A stretch of DNA of 59,724 nucleotides from a virus (taxonomy: Duplodnaviria; Caudoviricetes), in the IMG/VR virus record IMGVR_UViG_3300014913_000014, positions 1-59,724 of that record; one strand, given 5' to 3'. Under the pieces are notes generated by a model. That model did not search any database. It was not told where the DNA came from and saw only the letters and a list, made by a program, of their open reading frames with translations. Every line of letters begins with the position of its first letter. Position 1 is the stretch's first letter. The translations under genes and the position numbers were made by a program. Below are positions 38,288 to 48,024 of this stretch, piece after piece.

Positions 38288-40021
38288 TTACGCTACAATT
38301 GTATCTTCTGTTCTAATAGCAGTAATGGTTACTCCACCTGTTACTAGTGTAGCCACGGTTTCAAATGGTAAAATACCATACTTTCTTACTCTTGCTACAA
38401 GATTTCTATCAGTCACATAAATTAACGGTTGAACAATTGAGGTTGAAGTGGCTTCATTATCAATATATGGCACCCAGGCTGTATCGGTTGGTCCGACATA
38501 TTCCTTAGTTGTAGTTACATTCAAACCAAATGTATGATCTGTCCAGCCTGAGAAAGTATATCTCTCTTCGCTTACTCCAGTATCAACTACGCGAATAAAG
38601 CCCGATGTTGGAGTGTCATTTGGAATTGGAACAGTTACATGAATATAATCAGCACCAGAAGGAATTGTGCCTGATATAGTAAACTGTGTTTTATCAATTA
38701 CCGTTGAGGCAGCACCTGTTGATTTAGCAACAAGTACTCTATCTCCGGCAACAACAGAGCTAACTGTAATGGGTGCTTGTGTTGGCGGGTTACGAGTTAC
38801 GCCGGCACTGTCGATTAGCTGATATTTCTCGGCATCTGCACCAGCCATGTTCTCAATCCAAATACCTCTCGCGCCGAAGAAAATACCACCGGCGAAAGTT
38901 CCAAAAGGTGCCTGTTTAGACGGAGCATAAGTTCCCTCTTGTCCAACAACAACTGTATATTGCTGTCCTTCAACACCATCAATTAGAGATGTCTCGCCAT
39001 CTCTTGTTATATACTTTAGTCGTTCATATACCTGACTTAATGCTCTGCCGCCGCAGTCAATACTATAATCATAGTTTTGAGGACCACTACCATCACCAAT
39101 ATCTTTAGAATAAGGACCTGCTGTTCCAACTGTTATATCAGTCCATGTAGCGACGGTAGATGCTGCAGTAGTATTATTTAAGTCAGAGAATGTAGCCAAT
39201 GGTACAGCCTGCCTACCTCCAGGACCAAGGTCAACTTCAAACCAATCCCAAAGAGACCCATCACCATCAGTCCAATCACGATCAAATACTTGCACCCAAC
39301 CCGTGTCTCCGCCAGCTAGCTTGTCTCCAATTTCAGTACCACCTTCTTTGATTAGAATAAGGATATCAATATGTCCTGTGTCCCACCAAGCGGCGGTGCC
39401 AGTTCCGGACTGTGAAAGTCTTTCATCATCTCTGGTTATATACAGTGTTGGTGTTCCATATAAAGTACCAAGTGTATATAGGTTGGTCCAAAGATTATTA
39501 CCACTTGTAGATGCGCCATTGGCAGTGCCGTCAGCAGAGCTTCCATCAATGGTCATTGTTGAACCATCGCCGATAGTGGATGATGATCTAATCCACCATT
39601 TGGCTTCGGTAGAACTAATTTCTTCTGCATAAAGAAGCTCTCCAACTGGCGATGCATCATCGTTTACTGTTTTACCAACATCCGCTGGTATAGATGCATG
39701 TGTAGTAATACCGTCTACATTTAGAATTTGAATTTCGTTGGTCCAGCCGTTAGTTGTAATTGCTCCGCCCTTTAGACATTGAATGCTCTTTTCATCAATG
39801 AACCAACCATTGATAAGCGTATAGTCTGTAGGTGTTTGGGCGCTCATAGGAATGTCATCATCCATTTGATTTAGTTCATCAAATGTATCCTGCAAATATG
39901 AATAGAGTGCATTTACACTCAACATCTCTGAGAGTAAATATGGTGGCGTTTCTGATCCATCATATCTAATTAATTTATTAACATAATCGACCGTAAAATC
40001 GTTAACATTAATGTTAGCCAT
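38288..40021 (-). CDS. Putative virion structural protein
   Basis: Thr/Ser/Gly/Asp-rich; N-terminus resembles the 448-aa neighbour and C-terminus resembles the 537-aa neighbour. Confidence 0.55.
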   Translation of the reverse strand: MANINVNDFTVDYVNKLIRYDGSETPPYLLSEMLSVNALYSYLQDTFDELNQMDDDIPMSAQTPTDYTLINGWFIDEKSIQCLKGGAITTNGWTNEIQILNVDGITTHASIPADVGKTVNDDASPVGELLYAEEISSTEAKWWIRSSSTIGDGSTMTIDGSSADGTANGASTSGNNLWTNLYTLGTLYGTPTLYITRDDERLSQSGTGTAAWWDTGHIDILILIKEGGTEIGDKLAGGDTGWVQVFDRDWTDGDGSLWDWFEVDLGPGGRQAVPLATFSDLNNTTAASTVATWTDITVGTAGPYSKDIGDGSGPQNYDYSIDCGGRALSQVYERLKYITRDGETSLIDGVEGQQYTVVVGQEGTYAPSKQAPFGTFAGGIFFGARGIWIENMAGADAEKYQLIDSAGVTRNPPTQAPITVSSVVAGDRVLVAKSTGAASTVIDKTQFTISGTIPSGADYIHVTVPIPNDTPTSGFIRVVDTGVSEERYTFSGWTDHTFGLNVTTTKEYVGPTDTAWVPYIDNEATSTSIVQPLIYVTDRNLVARVRKYGILPFETVATLVTGGVTITAIRTEDTIVA

Positions 40022-40063
40022 CTAATTTTCTCCAATTATTTATAAGTATGGCCTTACCAATCC

Positions 40064-41677
40064 TTATTGTGCAACGGTATCCTCTATCAAAACAGCTGAT
40101 AAAGTATATCCAGCTGACGTTATTGTTCCGGTAGTCAAATAAGGTAAATATCTAGTTGAACCAGGAGATGATTTTCGAACTCTTACATAGATATTTGTAT
40201 CTCCAGTATAATTATAAGATTCTTGGGCAATGCCTGCAGCTGTTGCATATTCAAGCATAAGTGCAGCATTGTCTGATTGACGATAGACCCCCACTCTTCC
40301 ACTAGGAACCGGATTTCCAGCAGCATCTTCCAATGTAATTGTAATTAATACAGCATTTATAATATCTACCCAACCACCAATTGTATCCCAAGTACCCGGA
40401 TTTGCACCATTTAAGGCATTAACTGTTATATTTCCGGACGGTACTACATAGTTATAAATATCATAATCATTACCAATAAATGTTAATCCGTCATAATCAA
40501 ATACACCTGATGCCGGATGCTGTATAGCATGTAAACTTGTGTTAGTATTAGCATTAAATGAACAATTTTTTATATTTACATTGTCATTCCATAATACAGC
40601 ACTTCCACTGGTTGTAAGATGGGTGGTGCCTGAAAATACACAATTTCGTATAATCGGCTGTGCTAATGAAACAATTCCACACTGATCAACAGTATTACCA
40701 ATAAATTCATGAGATGAACTAGAACTCAATGTTATTCCGTTGGCAATTTTATAAAATTTACATCCGTAAATATTGATTGTATTAAAATTTGTAGCATCCA
40801 GCTTTACAAGAACTCCTGGACCAGCAGATTGAATAGTGCACCCATTAGAACCAACTGCTGTATCTCCAGACCCTACTTTATTTCCAAGTACAAAGCTGTT
40901 GGTACCAGTACTATTACCTACCAAATCAAACACATAATAAGTATCTGTAATAGGTACTACGGGATTCTCAAAAACAAGAACAGCATCTTTGTCTTCAAAG
41001 TAACTATCACTTGTTCCAGCATCTCCAAATCTTAATGCGCCCTGAGCACCATAAACACCAGCTTGAAGTTCTCTAACTATTCCCCAACCATTTGTAGTAG
41101 ATGCATCTTCTGCAACAATTTCAGAAAAAACTCCTGGATCACCACTAGTTCCCCCACCAATAAGCAGAGCATAGGTATCGTTAGCTACATAATCTATGCT
41201 GTCCCAGAAGAAGTTAGGTGAGTTACCAACAGCCTTTGTTGCCTGAAGTCCACCAACCCCTATCAAAGTTATTGCAGAAAAATTCGGTTCAGATGATCCT
41301 GCTATTTGATCGTAACTTGTTGGTGGATTAGATGTATCTAATATAAATCTAAACCAGCCCTGTCTGCTAAATGCTTCAGCATCACTTCCACCTACATAAT
41401 AGCCCCGCTGATTGGTACCGTCTCCAAGAACAAATCTATAACCACCATTTGCCTGTGTTTCCGGACTAGCCAGTTTCATCCATATATATATAATTGAATT
41501 AGATACATTTGTACTACTTATTGTTTTTGTAAAATATGAAGCAGATGTACTTATCTGATCTCCTAAGCAGGCGCTTCCTTCTCTTTGAAAACCAGAATAG
41601 GCAGTACCATCAGACCAGCCAGTATTTGCATCACAACTATCTATTTGTGTCAAATTTGAAGTAATAGAAACTGTCAT
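40064..41677 (-). CDS. Putative virion structural protein with beta-helix region
   Basis: IxNCxF repeats; Ser/Thr/Gly-rich. Confidence 0.55.
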   Translation of the reverse strand: MTVSITSNLTQIDSCDANTGWSDGTAYSGFQREGSACLGDQISTSASYFTKTISSTNVSNSIIYIWMKLASPETQANGGYRFVLGDGTNQRGYYVGGSDAEAFSRQGWFRFILDTSNPPTSYDQIAGSSEPNFSAITLIGVGGLQATKAVGNSPNFFWDSIDYVANDTYALLIGGGTSGDPGVFSEIVAEDASTTNGWGIVRELQAGVYGAQGALRFGDAGTSDSYFEDKDAVLVFENPVVPITDTYYVFDLVGNSTGTNSFVLGNKVGSGDTAVGSNGCTIQSAGPGVLVKLDATNFNTINIYGCKFYKIANGITLSSSSSHEFIGNTVDQCGIVSLAQPIIRNCVFSGTTHLTTSGSAVLWNDNVNIKNCSFNANTNTSLHAIQHPASGVFDYDGLTFIGNDYDIYNYVVPSGNITVNALNGANPGTWDTIGGWVDIINAVLITITLEDAAGNPVPSGRVGVYRQSDNAALMLEYATAAGIAQESYNYTGDTNIYVRVRKSSPGSTRYLPYLTTGTITSAGYTLSAVLIEDTVAQ

Positions 41678-42036
41678 TTATCAAATCTATCCTTTAGAAC
41701 AATTCCACACGCTACACATCCAAACAATGGGTGTTTATTTGGAGTCTGTATGCGCACAGATGTTAAATTAGGGAATAATAATTTCAAATCCTGGCCAGAC
41801 CTTCCAAAAACATAAACAGCATCTTTGGGATGCTCAAATTCTTCTAGAGAGAGTAGTCCATCTTCATCAAATATTATTACAGGGACATCAAAATTTGGAA
41901 AAGGGTCTCTGTCATTTAACATGATAAGATTAGCACCATATGCAGAACACGTCTGCTCGTAAAGTGCTCGATCAGTATTGTTCTCAAATTCTTTTCCAAA
42001 CCAGCCTTTGTCTCTATACGCTACAACTGTTATCAT
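41674..42036 (-). CDS. Minimal SPOUT (SpoU/TrmL-like) RNA methyltransferase
   Basis: FEHPKDAVYVFG...SVRIQTP...LFGCVACGIVLKDR knot motifs. Confidence 0.65.
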   Translation of the reverse strand: MITVVAYRDKGWFGKEFENNTDRALYEQTCSAYGANLIMLNDRDPFPNFDVPVIIFDEDGLLSLEEFEHPKDAVYVFGRSGQDLKLLFPNLTSVRIQTPNKHPLFGCVACGIVLKDRFDK

Positions 42037-42233
42037 ATATCTACATCTGGATTAGCTTTTCTAAATTCATCCAATGGATACCAATTTATCCACTGGCGAT
42101 ACTTTCCTAAAACTGTAACTTGGACATATTCAATTTGAATTGGTTCACCAGTAACAGCATCCATATTATTATGGACTATGACTTTCAAATCCTCTACCTC
42201 TCGTTCTTTGCCCTCTAGATCAACTATCATCAT
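42033..42233 (-). CDS. Hypothetical protein
   Basis: ATGA coupling. Confidence 0.65.
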   Translation of the reverse strand: MMIVDLEGKEREVEDLKVIVHNNMDAVTGEPIQIEYVQVTVLGKYRQWINWYPLDEFRKANPDVDI

Positions 42234-42889
42234 GGCAGTATTACATCCTCTAGATTCTTATTGTCTGTTTTATAAAGTGAAGATAATTCCTGTTTTAGTT
42301 CATGTCCACATCTATCACAAGTAACTTGCAAATAACTTTCTATATCTGGATATTGAAGCCATAAAGTAGATAAAAGCATTTTGCATTCTGGACAGAAAAT
42401 ATAAAGCATTCTCTCTTTATAGAATTTATGGGCCTTTATCTTAAGATCATTAAGAGCATCTATTACGCTGGCCTCTTTACTTTGCTTTCGTATTTTTCGA
42501 GTAAGCTGAAGATCATTAGAAATTTCTGAAATGTCTTTACGTAGACCACCGAGAATGCGATTTACCTTCTCAAGTATCTGAACGGATTGGTGGTCTACCT
42601 CTTGCCTAAGAGTAAAAGCCGTTTGTTCTAAATCCTCTAATTGAATCTGTGCCAGCACAAGTGCCCGTATTTGAATCATGTCATTTGACTTCATATCATC
42701 CATGTCATAATCATCTGCCAATTTTGCCAGAGTTTCGTTGACACGGGCTTCGAGAGTCTCTGGAGAAATAGAAAGGGCTCTTTCACGTTCGGCCCACATT
42801 TCCTCGAACTCTTCATCAGTCAAATTTTGATACTGCTTCAGATTCCGCATCTTTGCCTTATTAGGCAAAGTCAATCGTTCCTTTCCCAT
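42230..42889 (-). CDS. Hypothetical helical protein with C-terminal zinc ribbon (possible terminase small subunit)
   Basis: CPEC...CDRC; the terS idea is inference only. Confidence 0.4.
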   Translation of the reverse strand: MGKERLTLPNKAKMRNLKQYQNLTDEEFEEMWAERERALSISPETLEARVNETLAKLADDYDMDDMKSNDMIQIRALVLAQIQLEDLEQTAFTLRQEVDHQSVQILEKVNRILGGLRKDISEISNDLQLTRKIRKQSKEASVIDALNDLKIKAHKFYKERMLYIFCPECKMLLSTLWLQYPDIESYLQVTCDRCGHELKQELSSLYKTDNKNLEDVILP

Positions 42890-42896
42890 AATTTAC

Positions 42897-43085
42897 CTAT
42901 AAATCACAAGATGACCAGCCGCATTCTGTACAAATTTTACATCTTCCATTCAATTCCATAATTGTTCCACAATTTGGACAATAAATCTCTCTCTTTGCTT
43001 CAGCAAGTTTTATGACATCTGTATTCATGTCAGCATATACAAGCAAGCCCCCTTCTTCGACAATAATAACTTCTTCTTTTTCCAC
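42897..43085 (-). CDS. Small zinc-ribbon protein
   Basis: CPNCG...GRCKICTECGWSSC. Confidence 0.6.
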   Translation of the reverse strand: MEKEEVIIVEEGGLLVYADMNTDVIKLAEAKREIYCPNCGTIMELNGRCKICTECGWSSCDL

Positions 43086-43104
43086 TGTTTCCTCTCTAAT
43101 TATA

Positions 43105-43308
43105 TCATAAAAGTCCCTGAATATGCTGAATTACAGCATTTTTCAGGCTGTTTTCGTCAAATTTTTTCAAACAATCGCGGTGTACAATAATGTTCAAATA
43201 TATTGGTCTATCTATTGGTATAATCATTCTTGGCTGGTTCTTCAAAACTTTTTTGTTACAAAGGATGCACACAATATCTTTTGGTCGTCCTACTTTTCTT
43301 TTACTCAT
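43105..43308 (-). CDS. Small zinc-binding protein with AT-hook-like GRPK
   Basis: CILC...HRDC. Confidence 0.55.
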   Translation of the reverse strand: MSKRKVGRPKDIVCILCNKKVLKNQPRMIIPIDRPIYLNIIVHRDCLKKFDENSLKNAVIQHIQGLL

Positions 43309-43522
43309 CTATTGAAGCCCTAGTGTATCTAAAAAGTGTTTTAGAAAGTCGCTCGGTCAAAAGTGTCCTATCGCCCGTGGCGATAAAATTCAACAGTCTG
43401 TTCAAATCTTCTCTAAGAATTGGAACAAATAAAACATCATGCCCATTCTCACATTTTCTGGCATCCTCTGGATCAGCGTACCATTTCTCACAATAAAAAC
43501 AAAGATTTTTATCTATTTTCAT
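43301..43522 (-). CDS. Hypothetical protein
   Basis: CxxC...CExxH; coupled ORF. Confidence 0.6.
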   Translation of the reverse strand: MKIDKNLCFYCEKWYADPEDARKCENGHDVLFVPILREDLNRLLNFIATGDRTLLTERLSKTLFRYTRASIDE

Positions 43523-44789
43523 TTTTCCAATACTCTAGCCTTTTGACGGCAATCTCACAAACACTGTCTTCAATTTCAATACCAACAATCTCATCCCAAC
43601 CTGCCAATAGACCGCCAATCATTTCTGATCCTGAACCAGAAAATGGAACAAGCAATCTTCTAGGAGAATACTCATCAGGCGGTAATAATAATCGAGTCAA
43701 ATGTTTTGTAAGTTTTATTGGCTTTACTGTAGGATGTGTATTCTTTACGACGGATTTTCCAACCGGTATTGATTTTTGGTTTTTACCAGCATTTTTTCTA
43801 TCTCCGCTAATGCCAGTCATTCCTTGCTTAACAGTAAATCTCTCTTTATCTGGAAATTCTTCTAAGCCAGCATCGCGTTCTTCTTTTCTTGGTTTAGCGC
43901 AGTAGAAAAATTTTTCATAGGGCAGACCAACATCGCCACTCAAAATAACATTTGCTGGCCATCTACCACTATTTTCTGTTCTGGTGTAAGAATGGCCAGC
44001 GCCGTGTCCAAATGGTTTCATTCCATCATCAAACTGATTACTTGGAACGGCATCTATTCCGACCCTATTTCCATCAATCCACATCGTGCCGGCACCAGTT
44101 TCAACAATGCTATCAAGAGGCACTTTATCATAAGGTTTCTGAAAAACACAAATGGGCTCAAATGCCGGCTTCAATGCCTGTAGCCCATATCTATGCTCTT
44201 GCCAAATTTTTGCCAAATCTGTTGCTGGACCTCTCAATTCTATTTGATCTCGTATTTCTGCTGTTTCATAACCATCATGTGAAGCACTTGAGTGTGTTCC
44301 TATCTTGCCCTTTATTCTGGCTGTTCCGGTCAATTTTTGAACTCCAACTACTGGTCCTTCAACACCAGCACGTTTATCTAATAATTTACTTATATTGGTA
44401 GCCTTTGGGAAACCCTGTGCTTGTATCCATCCGATCATGGGATGAATAATAAAACCGGCGCTCTCAATTGCTGTAGCCATTCTATGATAAGTTCGTGTAG
44501 AACTGAAGGCCATGCATAGAGCACCAGGGTATAGCACCTCTCCAAGTAACTCCCACGTGAGCGGTTGAAATGCAATGTCTGTATCCCACTCTTGCCCCAT
44601 GAACCCTCTAGAAGAACGTTGAAAAACTCCATCCGTACCATACTTGGCTGGAGCAGCATTTTTATTTCCAAATCTTTTTTTGATAGTATCTAAATTATAG
44701 GGTGGGTCACACACGATGGCATGAAATAAAGGGCCGTCATAAGAACGTGCCCAACTAATAACGTCTTGGTTAATTATTTTCCAATCCAT
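43509..44789 (-). CDS. DNA N6-adenine/N4-cytosine methyltransferase (beta class)
   Basis: DPPY, HPTVKP and PFSGSGS in beta-class order. Confidence 0.9.
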   Translation of the reverse strand: MDWKIINQDVISWARSYDGPLFHAIVCDPPYNLDTIKKRFGNKNAAPAKYGTDGVFQRSSRGFMGQEWDTDIAFQPLTWELLGEVLYPGALCMAFSSTRTYHRMATAIESAGFIIHPMIGWIQAQGFPKATNISKLLDKRAGVEGPVVGVQKLTGTARIKGKIGTHSSASHDGYETAEIRDQIELRGPATDLAKIWQEHRYGLQALKPAFEPICVFQKPYDKVPLDSIVETGAGTMWIDGNRVGIDAVPSNQFDDGMKPFGHGAGHSYTRTENSGRWPANVILSGDVGLPYEKFFYCAKPRKEERDAGLEEFPDKERFTVKQGMTGISGDRKNAGKNQKSIPVGKSVVKNTHPTVKPIKLTKHLTRLLLPPDEYSPRRLLVPFSGSGSEMIGGLLAGWDEIVGIEIEDSVCEIAVKRLEYWKNENR

Positions 44790-44967
44790 CCTTGACAAAC
44801 CTCTCAAAGTGATGTATAATGTCTTCAAGCTGATCTCTAAGCAATCGCTGCCGCTCTAGCTCGGCATCGTTGTTGCTGTGCTGAATGACAGCAATCATGG
44901 ATTCATGGAAGCGTAGGCGGCGCTTGAGATAAGTATAAAACAAAGAGAGTGGGTCATAATTAGTCAT
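44770..44967 (-). CDS. 65-aa hypothetical protein, probably leaderless (start 44967)
   Basis: ATG lies 6 nt after the TATAAT of the minus-strand promoter. Confidence 0.6.
   Translation of the reverse strand: MTNYDPLSLFYTYLKRRLRFHESMIAVIQHSNNDAELERQRLLRDQLEDIIHHFERFVKDGLENN
44792..44820 (+). promoter_or_regulatory. Consensus promoter TTGACA-17-TATAAT, antisense to ORF 44770-44967
   Basis: Perfect hexamers. Confidence 0.65.
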
Positions 44968-44973
44968 GTATAC

Positions 44974-45002
44974 ATTATACCATATTTGGCTCCGTTTGTC
45001 AA
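44974..45002 (-). promoter_or_regulatory. Consensus promoter TTGACA-17-TATAAT, leftward
   Basis: Perfect hexamers with extended -10, at the strand switch. Confidence 0.85.
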
Positions 45003-45026
45003 GGTTCAATTTAGGAAATTTGGTAC

Positions 45027-45055
45027 TTGACAAACCTTTTTATTTATGGTATAAT
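45027..45055 (+). promoter_or_regulatory. Consensus promoter TTGACA-17-TATAAT driving the replication operon
   Basis: Perfect hexamers with extended -10. Confidence 0.85.
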
Positions 45056-45091
45056 CCTAGAGCGAACGCGAGGGGGAGGAGTATTAATTAA

Positions 45092-46981
45092 ATGATATTA
45101 ATAGAATCTAAAGAATCTTTAATTAACTTAACTACTAAAGTAGAATCAGTTAATACAATAGGATTAGATATAGAAGGTAGCGGACTTGATCCCTATACAT
45201 CCAAGATACTTTTGATTCAGATAGCTCTGCCAGAAGAAGTATATGTAATAAATGCCGGAAGAGTGGACAATGACGCTCTTCTTTCTCTTTTTCAATTGAT
45301 ACAAGACAGAAAAATTGTATGTGTTAGCCATAATTCCAAATATGAAATCAAGATGATATATCATAATTATGGCGTACTGCTTACCAATGTCTTTGATACA
45401 ATGATTGCTGAAACAATGCAATTTGCTGGTGTAGCCAGACCATATAATAATCTTGCTTTTGTTGCTTATAAATATCTTGGGCTTGATCTCAAAAAGGATG
45501 TACGTAAAGAATTTGAGGGCAAGAAAGATTTTGAATTTACTCAAGAACAGCTTGAATATGCGGCCAGAGATGCGGCTATACTTCTACCAATTTGTGAGGC
45601 TCAGAAAAAACTTTTGCAAAAGAATCAAAGTCCGCAAGTTTGGAATTTGGAAATGATGCTTTTACCCGTTGTAGCTCTGATGGAGTACCATGGCGTACTT
45701 CTTGATGCCGAGGCATGGGTTAAGTTAGCACGAGAATCAGAAGAAAAAGCGGCACACTATGCTATGACAATTAGTAATCATTTGGCTGAAAAATTTGATA
45801 TTATTGCTGGCAAGTATAAAAATGCACTAGAGGCAGCAACCAATTTATGTATGCCAGTAAAACAGATGCGTAAAGCAGAGAAACAAAGGCTAGAGGCTAT
45901 TACGGCTCCCGCTGAAATAGTCAACACGTTAGTGCCCATGATTAATCTCAATAGTAGTAAACAAGCATTACATGTGCTACAAAAACTGGGCGTAAAGACC
46001 AAAAGTTCTTCGCAAAAAGAACTACAGAAATTTAAAGGGCATGAATTTGTAGATATGCTTTTTGATTATAGAAAAGCTATAAAAGCAGGAACCGCTTTCG
46101 GAGAGGAATTTATTTCTGCTATTAATCCAGTCAGCGGACGTATTCATAGCGAATTCAATCAAATACGTGCAGCCACCGGACGTTTTGGTAGTAGTAATCC
46201 TAATCTTCAAAATATTATTGCACTGCTCAAGTATCGAAAATGTTTTCTGGCTAGAGATGGTTTCAAGATAGCCACTGCCGATTATTCTCAAATTGAGTTG
46301 CGTATCATGGCCGAGGTAAGCGGCGAACCACTTATGATTGATGCTTTCAAGAATGGCGACGACCTTCATAAATTGACCGCATCTATTATTTTTGAGACAC
46401 CATTAACGCGTGTTACGGCGGCACAGAGACGTCGGGCGAAAAATGTAAATTTTGCTGTGATTTACGGAACTACTGAATATGGTCTACGACGTAACTTTGG
46501 TTGGCCACTTGATGTCGGCAAAGGTTATTTGAAAAGATACTTTTCACAGTATGTTGTTTTGAAAAGTTTTATTAATGCCGTAGGAAGTAAGGTATTACAA
46601 CTAGGATATAGTAATACATTATATGGCAGAAAACGCTATTTTACCGTACCTTATAAGGTTACAAAACAAAATATCTACGAGATAAATAGAATAAAGCGGC
46701 AAGGAGTAAATCATATTATCCAGGGCACTTCTGCTGATATGATAAAACTTGCTATGGTAAAAATGTTCTATGAAAACCCATTTGATAAGGATTACACGCA
46801 TCCTGATAACTTTAGATTTTTGCTAACAGTACATGATGAAATTGCAATCGAATACAGAGAAGATTTAGAAGACGAAGTAGAGGCATTTATTGGTGCTAAA
46901 ATGACAGAAGCAGCTGCACCATTTCTAAAACAAGTACCAGTAGAATTTAAGATCAAAAAGGAATATTATTGGAGTAAATAA
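45092..46981 (+). CDS. polA: Family A DNA polymerase with 3'-5' exonuclease
   Basis: ExoI LDIEG; motif A ADYSQIELR; motif B RAKNVNFAVIYG; motif C VHDEI. Confidence 0.95.
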   Translation: MILIESKESLINLTTKVESVNTIGLDIEGSGLDPYTSKILLIQIALPEEVYVINAGRVDNDALLSLFQLIQDRKIVCVSHNSKYEIKMIYHNYGVLLTNVFDTMIAETMQFAGVARPYNNLAFVAYKYLGLDLKKDVRKEFEGKKDFEFTQEQLEYAARDAAILLPICEAQKKLLQKNQSPQVWNLEMMLLPVVALMEYHGVLLDAEAWVKLARESEEKAAHYAMTISNHLAEKFDIIAGKYKNALEAATNLCMPVKQMRKAEKQRLEAITAPAEIVNTLVPMINLNSSKQALHVLQKLGVKTKSSSQKELQKFKGHEFVDMLFDYRKAIKAGTAFGEEFISAINPVSGRIHSEFNQIRAATGRFGSSNPNLQNIIALLKYRKCFLARDGFKIATADYSQIELRIMAEVSGEPLMIDAFKNGDDLHKLTASIIFETPLTRVTAAQRRRAKNVNFAVIYGTTEYGLRRNFGWPLDVGKGYLKRYFSQYVVLKSFINAVGSKVLQLGYSNTLYGRKRYFTVPYKVTKQNIYEINRIKRQGVNHIIQGTSADMIKLAMVKMFYENPFDKDYTHPDNFRFLLTVHDEIAIEYREDLEDEVEAFIGAKMTEAAAPFLKQVPVEFKIKKEYYWSK

Positions 46982-48024
46982 TGGTCAAAAAGAAAGAAAT
47001 CAGTTTCTTAGATGAAATTTTGGACAGATACGGTGAGGAAGTAGCAATACGAAAATACAAAAAGGGCATACCAGCCATTTCTACGGGCTCTTTGGGAATT
47101 GATGTATCTACTGGTATTGGTGGTATACCAAAGGGGCGCTTCACGGAAATTTATGGTGCAGATGGCAGCGGCAAGACCACATTATTATTAAATATTGCTA
47201 AACAAGCATTATTAGCTGGAGAACGTGTAGCATTTATTGATACAGAAAATAGTCTTGATTATGCCTATGCTCACGATATCATTGGAGATTTTGATAGTGA
47301 CAGCCTTATTATTATTCAACCAGAAAGTGCGGAAGATTCTTTTGAAATTGCACTGAGTGCTATAGATCATGACTATGGAGTTATATTATTTGATTCAGTG
47401 GCAGCACTATCACCAGAAAAAGAGCTTGAAAATAGAATGGATAAGGCACAGGTTGCTTTGGCACCGCGTCTTACGTCAAAGTTCTTGAGAAAGGTTGCCT
47501 TTAAGGTTCGTCAAAAAGAGGTTGCATTTGTATTCACAAATCAAGTTCGTGCTAACATGGGCAGTTATGTTGGTGGGTGGACAACGCCTGCTGGTTATGC
47601 CCTGAAACATTATGTCTCACTTAAAATTTTTCTACAACGTAGTGATGAAATCAAAGATGGTGAAGATGTAATAGGGCACTTTATAAAATTTACTATCAAG
47701 AAGAATAAAGTTGGTAAACCATATAGACAGGCTACTACAAATATTATTTGGGGTAAGGGAATTGATTTTTATAGAGATGTACTTTCATTTGGAACATTGC
47801 TGGGCGTGATAAAAAATCGGGGGTCTTACTTTGGTTTTGAAGAAGAAACCATTGGAAATAAGCCCGGTGCGGCTAACACAGCGATAGCGCTTAAAGAAGA
47901 TAAAGAGCTACTTGACAAGATTGTAGAAATGTGTTATAATGTAGCCGGTTCTAAAAGATATCAGAAGGAGGAACAAAAAAGTGTCGAAAAAGAAAATGGT
48001 GACGGGAAAAATGACAGTGGTTGA
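46981..48024 (+). CDS. recA: RecA recombinase
   Basis: ISTGSLGID, GGIPKGRFTEIYGADGSGKTT, FDSVAAL, FTNQVR and KNKVG. Confidence 0.93.
   Translation: MVKKKEISFLDEILDRYGEEVAIRKYKKGIPAISTGSLGIDVSTGIGGIPKGRFTEIYGADGSGKTTLLLNIAKQALLAGERVAFIDTENSLDYAYAHDIIGDFDSDSLIIIQPESAEDSFEIALSAIDHDYGVILFDSVAALSPEKELENRMDKAQVALAPRLTSKFLRKVAFKVRQKEVAFVFTNQVRANMGSYVGGWTTPAGYALKHYVSLKIFLQRSDEIKDGEDVIGHFIKFTIKKNKVGKPYRQATTNIIWGKGIDFYRDVLSFGTLLGVIKNRGSYFGFEEETIGNKPGAANTAIALKEDKELLDKIVEMCYNVAGSKRYQKEEQKSVEKENGDGKNDSG
47912..47940 (+). promoter_or_regulatory. Consensus promoter TTGACA-17-TATAAT within the recA 3' end
   Basis: Perfect hexamers with extended -10. Confidence 0.75.
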
